NCBI GenBank assembly: GCA_051362555.1
Contig: CM120642.1
Coordinates: 32,054,001-32,118,000, forward strand
Direction: 5' to 3'
DNA from: Lingula anatina
Taxonomy: Eukaryota > Animalia > Brachiopoda
Length of the DNA stretch: 64,000 nt
Shown here: in pieces, positions 1-15,202 of the stretch
How the letters are laid out: each line of letters begins with the position of its first letter
Numbering within the stretch: position 1 is the stretch's first letter
Translations under genes and position numbers: made by a program
Notes under the pieces: model-generated
What the model was told of the DNA's origin: nothing
The model's input: the letters and a program-made list of their open reading frames with translations, nothing else
The model's database searches: none

Positions 1-3000
1 GCCCTTTACCCCAGTCTTACAGCCCCAGATATGTAGAAGCAGCGTGGTACGACTGGTGGGAGAAGAGTAACATTTTCACTCCAGAGAATACAGATAAGGT
101 TTGTACACAGGGCTCCTTTAATTAGGTTAATGAATTGAAAAAAATTAATTAGTACCTTAATGGACATTCTGATTACTTTTACTAAACTAAATCACAGTAT
201 TCAGTTTGACTAGATAAATGAACACTATATCCATGTATAAAGGCTCATAATTAAATAGACTCCTTATTTTACCTAGCATTCATTGAGTGAGGAGAAGTTT
301 GTAGTCATGCTGCCACCACCCAATGTGACTGGAACTCTCCACTTGGGGCATGCACTGACCAACTCCATACAGGACGCCATTGTCAGGTGGTCAGTATGAT
401 GTTTGTGTTAATTTCATGCGTATTTTACAGATCTTGTGGAACGAGGAGAATCATATTTTATTTTTTAAGTACTGAAGTGACACCACATCACATAACACCA
501 TACATTACTATAGCACGTCAAATGACATAATACATGCTATACCACACATATCACATAACGCTAAAACTCGGTTCCCATACCTAGATGGATCTAACAGGAT
601 CAATCCGTCTCCGAGGGGTTTCTCACTACATTGCTTTCAGCTTAAGCGGTTGATGTCTTGCACTCCTGCTAAAAGCTGCTGAAAGATAATTAATTACCAC
701 CTAGCAGCTTCAGTAGGCGTGACAGACATCTAAGCTGCTTAAGTTGATTGCAATTCAGCGAGAATCCTCTTGAAGATAAAGTGATCCACAGTCAATATGA
801 TACGGTCCGGGAATGGTCCCTATATCGTAACATATCATACCACACAACTTGATATCATAACATATACCATGCTATACCATCTTTATATCTATTGTACACT
901 ACAGGCACAGAATGCATGGTCGGCAGGTGCTCTGGCTACCAGCCACTGACCACGCAGGTATAGCCACTCAGGTGGTCGTAGAGAAGAAGTTGTGGAGGGA
1001 GAAGAAAATGACCAGACATGATATTGGAAGAGAACAGTTTCTGGAAGAAGTGTGGAAGTGGAAAGAAGAGTATGGTTTAGTTTGGTGATTTGAAGTATAT
1101 AAATTGTTTTGAAATACACACATTTTTTATAGATTGATTTTTAAAGCTATTCTTATTTACTTCATGGCATATTTTGTGTATTTTCCCTTTGATTTGAATT
1201 GGATAGGTGCTACCAGATATATATTACTGACATTTTTCTTAAAACTTTGTCTAGAAAGGGTGGAACAATCTGTGACCAGCTCAGGAAGATGGGATCATCT
1301 TTAGACTGGAGCCGTGAATGTTTTACAATGGACCCAGTAAGTATTTGAATGTTAAACAAAGACCAGAGTCTTGAATGGTAATGATAGGTATTGTCATAAC
1401 ACATTTATAATTGTGGATAATTGTAATATTTTTATGCAGATTTTCATGTTAAATTTACCAAATTAAACAGGTCTCTCACTGGCTGATGAAATGAATTGCA
1501 ATAACACAAAATCTGTTCATTCTAAAACACTGTCGTAACTCTTTCAGAAATTGTCTGCTGCAGTGACGGAAGCTTTTGTACGTCTCCATGACGAGGGTGT
1601 TATTTACCGTGGCACCAGACTGGTCAACTGGTCATGTGCCTTGCAGTCTGCTATATCTGATATAGAGGTAAGTTATCTCATCTTATCTCATGTCTGGGTT
1701 TCAGCTTCATACTATAATAATGTATTACCTGTTCTGAAGAATTACCCTTGTTATTATTTCTTTTCATAAGTAGTAAGTAATTTTTTTCTGTTAACCAGAA
1801 TTCCTATGAATTGGCAAGAATCTTTCTCTGATTTGATAAGAAAAAGGCAATAAATGATCCCTGTATCTGACAGTTTGATTGATTTTTGAATCAAAAACTT
1901 ATTTCCACACGCCCAACACAACCCATATTTATTATGTATTCTACAGGTGGAGCCAGTTGAAACTGAAGGAGAAATGACTGTGGCAATTCCAGGCTATCGG
2001 AAGAAAGTCAAATTTGGCCTCCTTTCCTCATTTGCCTATCCCATAGAAGGAGGAGGTAAATGAAATGAAAACGAGGCTAGTTCAGAACTGATGTTGGAAT
2101 GCATAATTATAAAATAATAGATGTAAATTTCCAAATTAATTGGTTTATATGTGTATTAATTAATTAATTAATTAATTTTTTATTTATTTATTTTTGTCTA
2201 CTTTTAATTAAATTAAATGGTTTCTTTGTAAGTAATGTGATGAACTTATGAAGAAAACAATCACAGTAAATATATTCAGTACTCATCACCCATTCTGATT
2301 ATATATTTGATTTTTGATGTATATTTTAACCAGCTGATGTTTATCTGTTGATAATATAGAAACTGACGTAATTGTGGAATGATTTTTTTTTAACTTTGAA
2401 AGCTTTATCTTTCTGTGTATGTGCGTGTGTGCGAGTAGATAGTACTGTTTAGTGAGCAACTGCATTATGTTATTTGTTTGTTTATTAAGGGGAGATAGTT
2501 GTTGCTACAACACGACTGGAGACAATGCTGGGAGACGCAGCCATAGCAGTTGACCCTGAGGACGACAGATACAAGCACCTGCATGGGAAGTTTGCCATTC
2601 ATCCTTTCTGTGACAGGAAGTTACCAATAGTATGTGATGAGTATGTGGACAAGGATTTCGGGACAGGTGAGCTATTATAAAGTGCAGGTGCCAGGCCACC
2701 AGTTGAGTGGGATATATTGATATTTGGAAAAAATATGTATCGTGTAAAGACTAAAACAACCAATTTTATCTATTTATTTATTTGAAAATGTTTGCTTACT
2801 TGTTTAATTTCAAAGAGTTACTGGAATATATATGTTGGATGTGTTACAAAACAAATGTAGCTAACATTTAAGTTCACATATTTATGAAATGTCATGTTAT
2901 GTACATTTGGCTAAAACTATTTATGGTCAGAAATAAGGAGTTCACTAAAGACATACATAAGCTCTGAGTGATTTTACAAGACTTGAAGAGTGGCCCTGAG

Positions 3001-6000
3001 TTGTGTAAATATTTTTAAGTCATAGAATTTAAAGAAATTTTTTATGACCTTCTTTCCACTTCTGACATTAGGGGCTGTGAAGATCACACCAGCACATGAC
3101 TTCAATGATTTTGAAGTGGGGAAAAGACATGATCTGCCTCTGATCAACATCCTTGATAAAATGGGGAACATCACAGGCAGTGGAGGATCTCAGTTTGAGG
3201 TACTGTATTGTATGGTGCTGCCACCTATATCACTCACCATGCATATGTTTCCCTAGAGCAGCAATATCATCACTAAAAAATAGAAAGGTATTTAAAAGGG
3301 TTTCTCTTTACAGGGTATGAAACGGTTTGAAGCCAGAGAAGCTATTGAAGAAGCTTTAAACAGTAAGAATCTATTTCGAGGATCTGTGCCACATCCTATG
3401 AAGATACCAGTTTGCAGGTAGGCAACTTCTATTTGTTCTAATTTAAAGTGGATATGTAACTAGTTATGGCATGTGTGCAAATTTGCTGCAAACTATGCAG
3501 CCTCAAGGAGTTTGCAAGAAAAAATTGCATTGCTGCATTTGTGTTGCTAATTTGCAAGAGCATCTGAAATTTGAGTCAACTTTGCAGTCTTCAGACCTCA
3601 TTTGCATGATAAAATTCCTCACAGATTTGCTCCACACTTGTAATTTTGCTAAGGGATAATTAAAAAAAATAAAGTTGAGCGTGTTTGGCTGATGGGTGCA
3701 TCTGTTTACCAGCCAGAGGCCCTGTTATTGAAGTGCACCAGCTTGTGTGTGGATCTAGATGTATGCTGTTATTATTATTATTATTGTTGTTGTTGTTGTT
3801 ATCATTATTATAATCATTATTAGTGTATATGTTGTTGTTGTTGTTATCATTATTATAATCATTATTATTCGTTTTGTTCACAGTCGTTCCAGAGACGTGA
3901 TAGAACCGTACCTGACAGACCAGTGGTTCTTGAGGTACAGGGACATGGCAGAGACAGCTATGGAGGTAGGCAGTAAACAGTGACTGAATAGCCATTAAAA
4001 TACTTAAAAATAAGGTGTAAGTGATAAGACATTAATCATGGTGGCATTATTATAGTGCTGTTTGAGATAACATAGGTAATGTTTTGCATCCTTATGGGAA
4101 TTTCAAACCTGCTGTACCTTGGAGTCATGTTTTAAAAAGTGACTCTTTAGACACCCCTAAATGTTCCCCTTGTCCCAGGTTTGATTTTTTCCTTCACTGA
4201 TGAAGCATGCAGTTCACACATTAAAAGCAATTTTTTTAAGGCTGTAAGCAGTGGCAAATTGAAGATTATTCCAGAATATTACAGTAAAGTTTGGTTTGAA
4301 TGGCTGGAAAACAGTGAAAGCAGGTGATACTTACCAAGCATGTTTAAAAAGTTTCTTAACAGAAGTATTATTCCAATATTAAAATAATTTTCTGTGAATG
4401 ATTAGATAATTCTTTTGGTAGAAGAAAATAAAAACACAGGACTTGGGGTCGTTAAGAAATGATGTCATAATAACAGCATCTTTGTAAAATTTGCTTTTAT
4501 AAAAAAAAGTTGAATGGATACCTTCTACTGAGTTAATGTTTTTGTTAGGGATTGGTGTATATCTAGACAGCTATGGTGGGGGCACAGGATACCTGCTTAT
4601 TTAGCAACTCCAAAGTCAGCTCAGGTAGGTTGCATAGAAGATAGAGAAATTGAAGAATATCTAATTCTTCCAGCTTAATTCTTGAAGATTGTAGGCAGAT
4701 TGGTTGTTAACAAGATGTGTGTTTTTGCTTACAAATTGATTTCACAAAAACTGCCCTAAACATATTATAATATTTTATTATGTTAAAAGTCTTCAGATGG
4801 AGTTTGGGTGAGTGGAAGAACTGTGGAAGAGGCTCTGTCCAGGGCTGAACAGGTGCTTGGTGTACCCCAAGGAGACATAGAGCTAAGGCAAGGTGAGAGG
4901 GCAGACACTGTCATTTGTTACTTCTTCTTTTTGGTATAAGATAAAAAATAATAAAATCATTTATGTTTTACAACCCTGGTTTACAGTTTATTTACCAGAG
5001 CAATGATGACATAATAGTTAACATTAAACTTGTTGTCTTTGCAGATGAGGATGTGCTTGACACCTGGTTTTCCTCAGCTCTCTTCCCGTTTTCTTCACTG
5101 GGCTGGCCTGATCTGGTAATGTGGAGGTTCATTCTTTGTCAGTTTACTTATCCCGAACTATTGAATTAAATGCTGTCACTGATAAACTTTACATATAACT
5201 TGCTGTCAAGCTGTAGAATTTTACATATAGTCTATCATAAGTTACTACTTTGACATTTTTGATGACAAATTCACAGCAGCCATCACAACTAAAACACTCA
5301 GAATAGCAGCATCTCACAACTAACACATTTTTTATCAGTAATGAGATTTTTACGACTATCAACAGATTTCTGACTTTTTGGGAGCCAAAATTATCATTTT
5401 CGAGACTTTTTCACTGAACAGCAGTCTCATCCCTGATTTATACACAACATGATATCACAGCTAACGCAATGTCCATCATCTCCTGTTATATCACACCTAA
5501 CGCAATGTCCATCATCTCCTGTATAAGGTAAAGAAAGATCAGGCTTTCAAAAGCATAATCCTCGTAATTGTATTCAATGTCTTCAGACCTCAGACCTGCA
5601 GGCTTACTACCCGGGGAGTTTCCTGGAGACAGGCAATGATATCTTGTTCTTCTGGGTGGCCAGAATGGTCATGATGGGACAGAAGCTCACAGGGAAATTA
5701 CCCTTCAAGGAGGTGAGTTTGCATTTATATGTGATGTATAGTATGCCGAATGTGTTATTGTATGGGATGGTTTGTGCGCTGTATACACATTGAGATGTAT
5801 TAAGTGAACCAGTGATATACACCTTTAGTTTGTAAATTAGGGAAAGAATATATTATTAAAATCATAGATGAGTATTTGTAGTAAGATCTTGTAGAAAGGT
5901 CAGTGAGAAATCAGTTTATGTATGAGATAACATATATGCCAGAAGACCTGGAACATCAGCAAGATGTTTTCAAGACAAATACTAGTAAATCATAAGAGGG

Positions 6001-6845
6001 TGGCTGTTTATTTGTCAGTGATGTACATTCTGAAAAAAAGTACTTAGATTTCACTGAGAAACATGCCTGAATCCAAATAAAATGTATATGACCACAATCA
6101 CAACATCTGCAGGTAATGTATACTGTTATATTAGCATCTTTCTTGTTTGTCACCAGGTTCTTCTGCATGGCTTACTAAGGGATGCCCAGGGACGGAAAAT
6201 GAGCAAGTCACTGGGTAATGTCATTGACCCCATGGACGTCATACATGGAGCTTCTCTGCAGGTATATAATAGATCTTTTGAAACCATTTTAAACCAACCC
6301 AATAGCTAAAAACTACTAGTATATTTGGTTAAGGAGACAAGGTGCAGATTATGAAGGTAGGCTTGCAACATGTACTGGGGAATTTTTTCCCTGCCTGTTG
6401 ATGTTGTTTTAACTATTGACTTTCTCTTGATTTACAGCTAGCTGCTTGGTCAATATAATCAGGAATGTATTGTTATGATTTATTGCCACCTGTCATTGTG
6501 TATGCAATATTACATCTTTGTTTCAGACAAATTACTGTATAATGACTGTTGAAAATAGGCAAAATATGATGAAAATTCTTAATTTTTGTCCTGAGCCATA
6601 TGGTATAACTTTTTGGCTAAAGAATATAACATATTTACTGACGTTTTATCTTATGCCTACACCTAGGAACTACAGGATAAAATTGACGCTGGGAATTTGG
6701 ATCCTAAAGAGGTGAAGATTGCCAAGTCAGGGCAGAAGAAGGAGTATCCACAAGGCATTCCTGAGTGTGGGACAGACAGTCTGAGGTTTACTCTGTGCTC
6801 TTACAATTTTAAAGGTTTGTCTATTACTTATAATAATAATAAGTA

Positions 6846-6882
<37 letters not shown>

Positions 6883-9734
6883 AATTTATTTTAAGTCTTA
6901 ATTCCAAATCTGTTCAGTAGACTTTACGTAAGTATCATATGTAATGGACATTAGAATTTGTGTTGACGATTTTGTCTCCCTGGTGTGATTTGTCTGGGCC
7001 AATCTATTGATCAAGTTCCTTTTCACATAGAGTGTCACTATTAATTGTACTTGTCCACCTTGAGAAGTCCTAGCATGTATTTATACTACATGGGATTTTT
7101 CTCCCTTGCACAAGCTGTTTAGTAAAATTAATTAACTGACCTTGCCATGGGCTAGAGCTTCGTTTAGGTTTAGGTGGCTTGATCTCTTACGTAACAGTCA
7201 TCAATATCCCAAAGTGGACTGGCCCGGTTAAGTATAAGGCTCGATGTGAAAAGGGCCTAAGACCAAAGGAATGATGTCGCAACAATATATTCTACCAGTT
7301 GATATTCACATTTGGTATGATTGAATTGTCCAGTTTGCCTATCTTAATGATGTGGTGATCTCACTCAATATTACAGCTGAAGTCCTCAACATGAATGTGA
7401 GCCATGTGATTACCAACAGAAGGTTCTGCAATAAGATATGGCAGGCATTTAAGTTCACCATGGCAAGTTTGGGACCAGACTACAAGCCTCGTGATACAAT
7501 TAAAGTAAGTAGATGTCTGGATGTAAGGGTCTTGGTGTAGGCTTGGTTGTAGGTCTGACATTGAGGACCACTGTCGTACATTTTTGATTCAGTCAAATAA
7601 TTGATATTTTTCTTCCTCTTGGTAAATGACAATATAATTTTTCTAACCCAGAGAAATTATTTTTTGTATTGAAAAAGCTATTTTTTAGTCTGAATTGGCA
7701 AATTACCCCAACAGTGTTGACTGTCTTCACTATCACTTAAATTGGTTCTATCATTGATGTTAATATTATGTTTAAGGTGAAAGGTAGATAATATAATTTC
7801 TAATATTATTCAAAATTTAATTTGTTGGAATGTTTCAACTTTGTGACCTTCAGTATTCTACATGTAAATTCCACATTTCAGCTCTCAGGACATGAAAGTC
7901 CCGTAGATTTATGGATATTGAGCAGGCTTTCCACTGTGGTACAGCAATGTGACAGGTATTTCAAGGCCTATGATCTCCACCTGGCGGCTCAGGCTCTGCA
8001 CCAGTTCTGGATGGCTGACTTCTGTGATATTTATATTGTGAGTAGCGCATATTAAAGTTTCTCAGTTTTTGTACAAAAATTTGATAGTTTACAAATTAGT
8101 TCTTTTGCTTAATTATCCCAGACTGATATGATGATGCTGTTATACTTTTCTGTATTAATACTGACAATAAGTTTAATTATCATCTTGAACAGGATTATCA
8201 GTTTACATTTTAGTTTATAAGATATGCTGACCTATTAAATGAATTATCGATAAAAAAATCAAATGTTTAATAGTATGTTATTTTCCAGGAATGCTCCAAA
8301 TCACCCCTAAATGAAGATGATGAAGATGCGAAAACCTGTGTCCACGACATTCTTCACCATTGTGTAGATGTTTGGCTGAGGGCCTTACATCCTTTCATGC
8401 CTTTTATAACTGAAGAGCTCTTTCAGCGTCTCCATGGCAACTCAGACCATGAAGTGAGAAGCATCAGTGTCTCAGCATATCCGTTACGTGAACATGTGAG
8501 TTGTGAAATATTGTTGGACTTGATATTGCAGCAAGAGTTATGATTCATAAATCATTTTCAAGGCTCAAAAACAAATTCCAAGGCTCGGTTATCTATTTGG
8601 AATTGGAACTTTTGGGAAAAATTTTTTTTTAAATGCTGAAGTTAATTAGAACTTTGTATTATCTGAACTTTTTTTTTTTTTTTTGAGAGAGAGGGGGGGG
8701 GGAGGGCTGGCCACTGTTTTATTTTATATAACTGTATATATACCACCTTTCCTGACTAGTTCACTGTTGTAACCAGCTCACTGTATGGCTGTCTTCCAGG
8801 TCCAGTATAAAAATACCAGTGTAGAAGAGACTATGGAACTTGTGATGAAGATCAGAGACGAAGCCCTGGCTCTCAGAACTGAACTGGAACTGACCAAGGG
8901 CAAAGCTCGAGGTTGTTAGATTTGTAATCATATCCAACCTGTGTAACCAGCAATTTCTTGAAGTATCTTTAATACAAAAAGTAACCTGCTCCTGCAGCTG
9001 TATATATCCAGTAAATTCTGGTTAACTTAACAGGTTATGTACTTTTCTTTGTATTGTTCTTCTTCTTTGTTGTCATTTGATTCGTTTCCATTGCAATTTG
9101 TTCTCAAAGTGAGAGAGATTGAATTTTGAAAATTAAAAAATCCAACACATAAACTCAATTTTCCCAGTAAAAGAAAGGGGAGTGTTTAAGGGAGCTCTGC
9201 TTTCTAGATCTTGATTTGCCCTTTCTAATTCTTTCTTTCTACATGTATCTGTACATATACAAATCACTATCAGGCCTTAATATAAATGAAATTGCCACTT
9301 GTTTGTGATTGTGATCTCTAAATGAAGGACTTAAATTGCTATTTCATGGTGAGATTGTAGAAATCAGCACTTGTTGGGAACACCACATTATAAACAGCAA
9401 CAAGTGTTTTTTCCCTTAAAATTGTGGTTTAAGTCATTAATTCAGCCAATGCAAACACAAGCATGGCTTTAAGACAGCCACAGATAGCAATTGTCATTTA
9501 TAAGGCCTATATATCATATTCCAGTGTACTTTCTGGTTAGTGACCCTGGGCGTTTCAAGAAACTCCAGCCGTGTGCGTCCACTCTGAAGGCACTGACCAG
9601 GTCCAGTGAGGTGGATGTCCAACTGGCCAGTAGAGGCAAGCCACTCTGTGGGACCGGTTCTGCTATCCCTTCTGGCAGCATCAGGAGGGTGGTCAGCGAT
9701 GACATTGTCATGTTCATGGATGTAACGGTACTAG

Positions 9735-9766
<32 letters not shown>

Positions 9767-10641
9767 TTGATAATTGTAATATCTTCAGTCACATGCATAT
9801 ATTGTAGATGTGTGCCTCAGCTACTGGCTCCAAAGCTGTCATTTTAGTAATATATACAGGGATGAGATTTTTCTGTGAGAACCAAAAAAATTACATCTCT
9901 CTATATAAATTTCTGATTCAGTAGAGAGAACTAAAGGAAGGATAACTAGATTTCTCTAGCCCAATTTGCAGAATAGTGCACAAGTTACCTGTAACCCAAA
10001 TATTTGAACATAATTCACTATTCATTCTATTCATTGCTCTGCAATCTATGCTTGTCAGTTACTGTGATGTTTGACCTTCAGGGGCTGATAGACACAGACA
10101 AACTGTGGAGTGAGATGAGGCTGAGGCAGAGACAAATACACAAAGAACTAGATGTGCTCCAGTTGCAGGACACCATGTCGGGAACAGACAATACTTCTAA
10201 GGTAGATACACCTACATGCCTGGCTTTGAAACCCATAGGTTAACTAGGGCTCATTTCTTAACAGTTTCATGCTCAGTGTTGAGTCAAATTTTGCACTGTG
10301 GCAATATGCATGTGTATGTTACAAAGGGAGAAAAATAAAATTTAAACAATGCATCAAGTTGTGTTATCTATAGGAAGTTCAAAAGTTGATGTAGTGGGAT
10401 GTTTTAATGCCATTAGAGAATTAAATGTCGTCTTTTACTAATTATTGCATTTTAACAAAACAAGTATTTGAACTCTATATAAAATGCTCTGCTCTGTGAG
10501 AAGAGAGACCTTTCTTGGTTGTACTTAACAGCTGCAGTACATAAAACAATTTTCTTTATGTACTTTCAGATTGAAAAACTTTATGATCAGCTAGAGAAAA
10601 CTAAACAGCTCATTGAATCTCTAGAAAGTTTCAAGCGGTGA
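1..10641 (+). CDS. VARS2: Valyl-tRNA synthetase, probably mitochondrial; multi-exon, 5' end lies before the window
   Basis: Spliced exons give [21 protein letters not shown] (1-98), [18 protein letters not shown] (HIGH motif, ~308-360), [88 protein letters not shown] (KMSKS, ~6195), [15 protein letters not shown] and [12 protein letters not shown]. The last exon 10570-10641 ends ESFKR-TGA. The mitochondrial versus cytosolic call is inferred from VLLH, RFTLCS and the divergent C-terminus. Confidence 0.93.
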
Positions 10642-11557
10642 AATTGTATGTGGGTTTTGTCAAGTTATTTGTGACAAAACCATAATTTATGAATAATTCA
10701 TCCTAAAACTGAAGTCATTCAGCAGTCAAGATATAAAAAGATGAGCACTACAGAAGGACATTTATATATGCCATCAAGTCTTGCTGCAATGAAAAAGAGA
10801 GGAATTTCTAGAACACACCACTGTAGAATAATTGCCTTTGCACCATTTTGATTTTGATAAGGAGCCAAATGGGTAGAATTAAAACAGGAATGATAAGCAA
10901 TGATTTTTTTTAATTTATTTAATTTTCATTATTTATTTGAGGGGTAAGGGTTGTAATGTAGAATTTTGGATAACATGTGATCATGCATTTTTTTCCTTGG
11001 TATAATCATGAACAATGAAAAAAAAGGTAAAAGTGTAAATATGGATCTCATCATCAGTTGTTTATTTTATTTAAAAACCAACAGTATATTTGAGATTGTA
11101 TTTAAAAACTTTTTATTAGCTGTAATGTAAATACAACTGCATACAATAAAGAAACAACAAAGAATGGGTGTGTAGTTTGTCAACACAAAAGGATCCTCAG
11201 AATTCTCTCCAGTTACACATATTCAAGACCTCCCAGACCTACTGAAATGAACTTTCAAATAAATTTACATCTTTTTCTTTTCTCTCTTAAATTGTTTTAC
11301 CCTGTTTACTTATAACAGCAATACTAACAGGTAGCAAGCCTACATCCAACAGAACAGACATTCTCTGCTTTTTAACAATCTGATACTTGGACCCATGGCT
11401 TAAACAGGACACCTGTTCTCCATTTATTTCCAATAAGCAAGGATTGGACCCGTATGTCAGTGGCAGATATAATCTTCCAGCTCTTTGACTTTTGCAAGAC
11501 TACACTCCTTCAAAACTGTCAGCTCTTCTGTCCAAATGTGAGAAGTTTTTACCACTA

Positions 11558-14500
11558 TTATTTGCTCTCTGTTTCGCTGGAACTTTTGTCTATTTTCCTT
11601 CTTTTTGCAGCTTGTCTTTCTTTGGCCTGAAATAATGTTAAAAGATGAAAATGAGAAAATATTAATTATTTCACCCCTCTAAATTTTGTATAACATATGA
11701 ACACGTAACATAGCTTTTAGCCAACTGGCTTATATCATTACCTGCGTGAAGAAGGTAGCAATGTTAAAACAGCTAACAAGAACTAAATCTAGGTGAAAAA
11801 GAAATGTGCCTGCTCTTCCCTACAGTTTCCGTGCACACAAACAGGCCTGAGCTTTGTTCTGCAAAATTGCAGATTTCAAATCATTTCTAAACTTCTGCTG
11901 CTTCCTGCTATTGTCTACTGTTGCCAGATTTATCCCCACAATAAAGGTTTGGAGCTTTTTCTTAAACAAAAGCTCATGTCTGCAAATACTAGGACTGCTT
12001 TAGCTTGACTTTAAAATTCAACTGTAAGTGTCCTCAATGCCCACTGATGAAAAAGTCACTTTTGACTCATCTGGTATCTTAGAAATGACCTCCATTTTTT
12101 CAGCTGGGGCGTGATATGACCCGCAAGTTTCAAAATCCAGTAGAACCCCTGCTATGGGATAAGTTCTACTGCCAGTAGGACCTCTCACTCTGACTCACCT
12201 GTTCTACTATGTCGACCAGTTTTCCCTCTTTGGCCAGAATTTTCAACAGTTCCATTATGAAAGGCAGATAATTGTGCTTTCTTCTGATGTTCTCCACCTA
12301 GAATGCAACCAATACAACAATATTATACGACAGTATTTCTAATGTAATAGTCACTCGTGCAATACCACTAGCACTTTATCAATGTAATGACTAACACAGC
12401 TCCATGAAAAGCATACCTATTTTGTTACTGCAAACAGCATATTTTGTTTTTGCCAGCAGATCAACCTAATAAAATATAGAAATAGAATTAAACAGTATAC
12501 AACACAATCAAGTTCACCCATACCTTGTAGTATTCCCTCTTTCTGTCCTCTTCACTTATTAACACATTTAAATGCTGGACCTCATCGTTAGCAGCTGCTG
12601 TGTCTAGACTGCCGTCCTGAAGCAGAGAGAATGGCAACATTACACAGATGTGAGCCACAGTCATATAAAGAAAATCTCGTAACTTTTACATGAGGACCCA
12701 ACATTTGACCTTAATCAATCTCAGGACCGATCAGAATTGAATTCAAAATATAAGAATTTTGTGATTCCTTGGAAAGAACTCATATCTGATTACATGTACA
12801 GAATGGTATGCGAAGGAATTTGTGGAGATTGTTAGGCAAAAAGATTTTTTTTTAAAACTTAGATTTATAAAAAAAAGACTGTAAGAGGGTAGCTTTCTCC
12901 CATTATTTAATAAATCTGCGAAGTGTCATTTAGCTGTATATTCCAAGCTTTAAAATATTTTTTCCTTCATAATATATATTGACATTTCTATCTATTTAGT
13001 CCCAGGGATATCAAATAGGGCAAATTTTTACTCTATATACATTCTCGTTTTCACAAAGTAAATAAAACCTTTTTTTATTTTTCATCTATAATTTGTATCA
13101 CGGTTTAAAACAATATTTCTGGAAATACCTCGACTTTTTCCTGGATCTCTACCAGCTGTCTTTCATACATCATTTTCCGGTCAGATATCAGTGCCATTAG
13201 GTTAAAATGAATTTCATCAGCATTATATCTGGAAATAGAATCAGTGGATATAGGATCAGTGGATACAGAATCAATGGATATAAGATCAGTGGATATAGAA
13301 TCAGTGGATACAGAATCAATGGATATAAGATCAGTGGATATAGGATCAGTGGATACAGAATCAATAAATAAGATCAGTGGATATAGGATCAGTAGATATA
13401 AGATCAGTGGATATAGGATCAGTGGATATAAGATCAGTGGATCACAATTCTTCAAGGTGTCGGCTGTGATGGATATTTTCTATCAAATAATATTTATTAT
13501 AAATTCAAGTGCACAGGAGAGATACAGGAATGGGAACAGACAGTGCTGACAGAGGTATGGTAATTACTTGATCTTTTCAATTTGGGAAAAAATGTAAATA
13601 TTTTAGATACTGTATTTTTAAGTCATAATTTCTTAAAATGAGAACAATTTTATTGACTGGAGGCAACATAATTAAAAAGCATGCTACCCTAAAGTTTTAT
13701 TATATACAGTAAAAGCACCGCAGATGTAAATTCCATGCCACAGTGTCAACTAACAGGATAACATCACTTACCCTCAGCCACATTGTTCTGAATGAAAAAA
13801 ACTGACAACATTTCATTGATTGCAATTTGCTACACTTACTTTTGTATCCTTTTCTCAATTTGCTACACTTACTTTTGTATCCTTTTCTCAATTTCGGGTC
13901 TTGCCTTTACAATCCAATCTGTGTCTTTTGGAATTGCACCTGAAAAATAAATCAGAACTTAGATTTATTAGGTCTTAGATAAAATTTGCATGTTTTTGGC
14001 TGAACTTTTTGGCAAAACTTTTTTTAACCTAGGCACACTATTCATCTGCTCAAAAGAGATTATGTTATTTTTGTCTTGTTTAACTGCTGCAGCAATTTTT
14101 TTGTTCCGAAAAGCATTCTTCACAATACAAATTTACAAACTGAATTTATTTCTTTGATTAATCTGTTTATATGAAAACCACACTGAAAAAGTATTTTTTT
14201 CTTCTACTCGTATAATGGTCACCTAAATCTATTGGTCCATCTTTAAGGCCATCTAATTCATAAAGTCTTCCATCTATAGGAACATAGCCTATGAAATGAT
14301 ATACATCGTCATCTTTTCCCGCAAGCTTCTGGTCAAATTCAAACATCTGTTGTCTGCAAATAGAGTAACGCAAAGTAGAAAAGAGTCAAGCAAAATTTAA
14401 AATACAAATAGTTGACATAGTTTACCAATGAGAAGTTAGTTATCTACCATTGTAGTAAGTAACGTCACAGTAACAACAGGCTCACAAGGTCCACTTTTCC

Positions 14501-15167
14501 CTTAAAACAAATACAATATTCTATGAGTGTTCTATTAAAACAAATCGCATGTAAAGTGAAGAGAATTTTAAGACTGGTTTACATGGCATTCGCCTTTCTT
14601 TCTATTTTCACTTATTTCTCCATTTATTTTTAAAGAACAAAAATCAGTAATACCTTGAAAAGCTGTTATGTACTTGTTTGATGATTTCAGAGTTTGACAG
14701 ACTCAGGCCTTTTAACTGAAAAGAAAACACTGTCATGTAAGACAACCCTGAGAGGATACAGTCCATACGCATAAATCAATTCTGACAACATTCGACAAAA
14801 GCAGCAAAGCACACATGCTATTTTATACCTCATATGTTTAAAACATCACAACCACCAACTGCAATTTATCTACAAACCTTCACAATTAAAAGTTTTTTTA
14901 TAAAATTCATAACATACCACATTTTTGCAAACTGCTTTTAAAAACTATCATGTTTTCCCATACCATCATTTTGGTTATGTTCATATATCTACCTGAGGAT
15001 CAAAGCTCTGTGAAAATTCTTTAAAACTGGAGATGGTCTCACCCAGCTCTACATCAGGATGATCACAGTTCAACAGAATGCTTAGAATGGCTTGAGTGGC
15101 ACAAGCATTGTTTATTACCTGAAAGAATTATCTCTGTAGAAATATACTGAAACATTTTAATCCTATT

Positions 15168-15202
<35 letters not shown>

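Noticed and set aside
13105-13549. Repetitive ORFs on both strands (ILYPL..., SVDTES...)
   Set aside because: Translation of an intronic 15-bp minisatellite. Only ~13129-13228 is a real UCHL5 exon.
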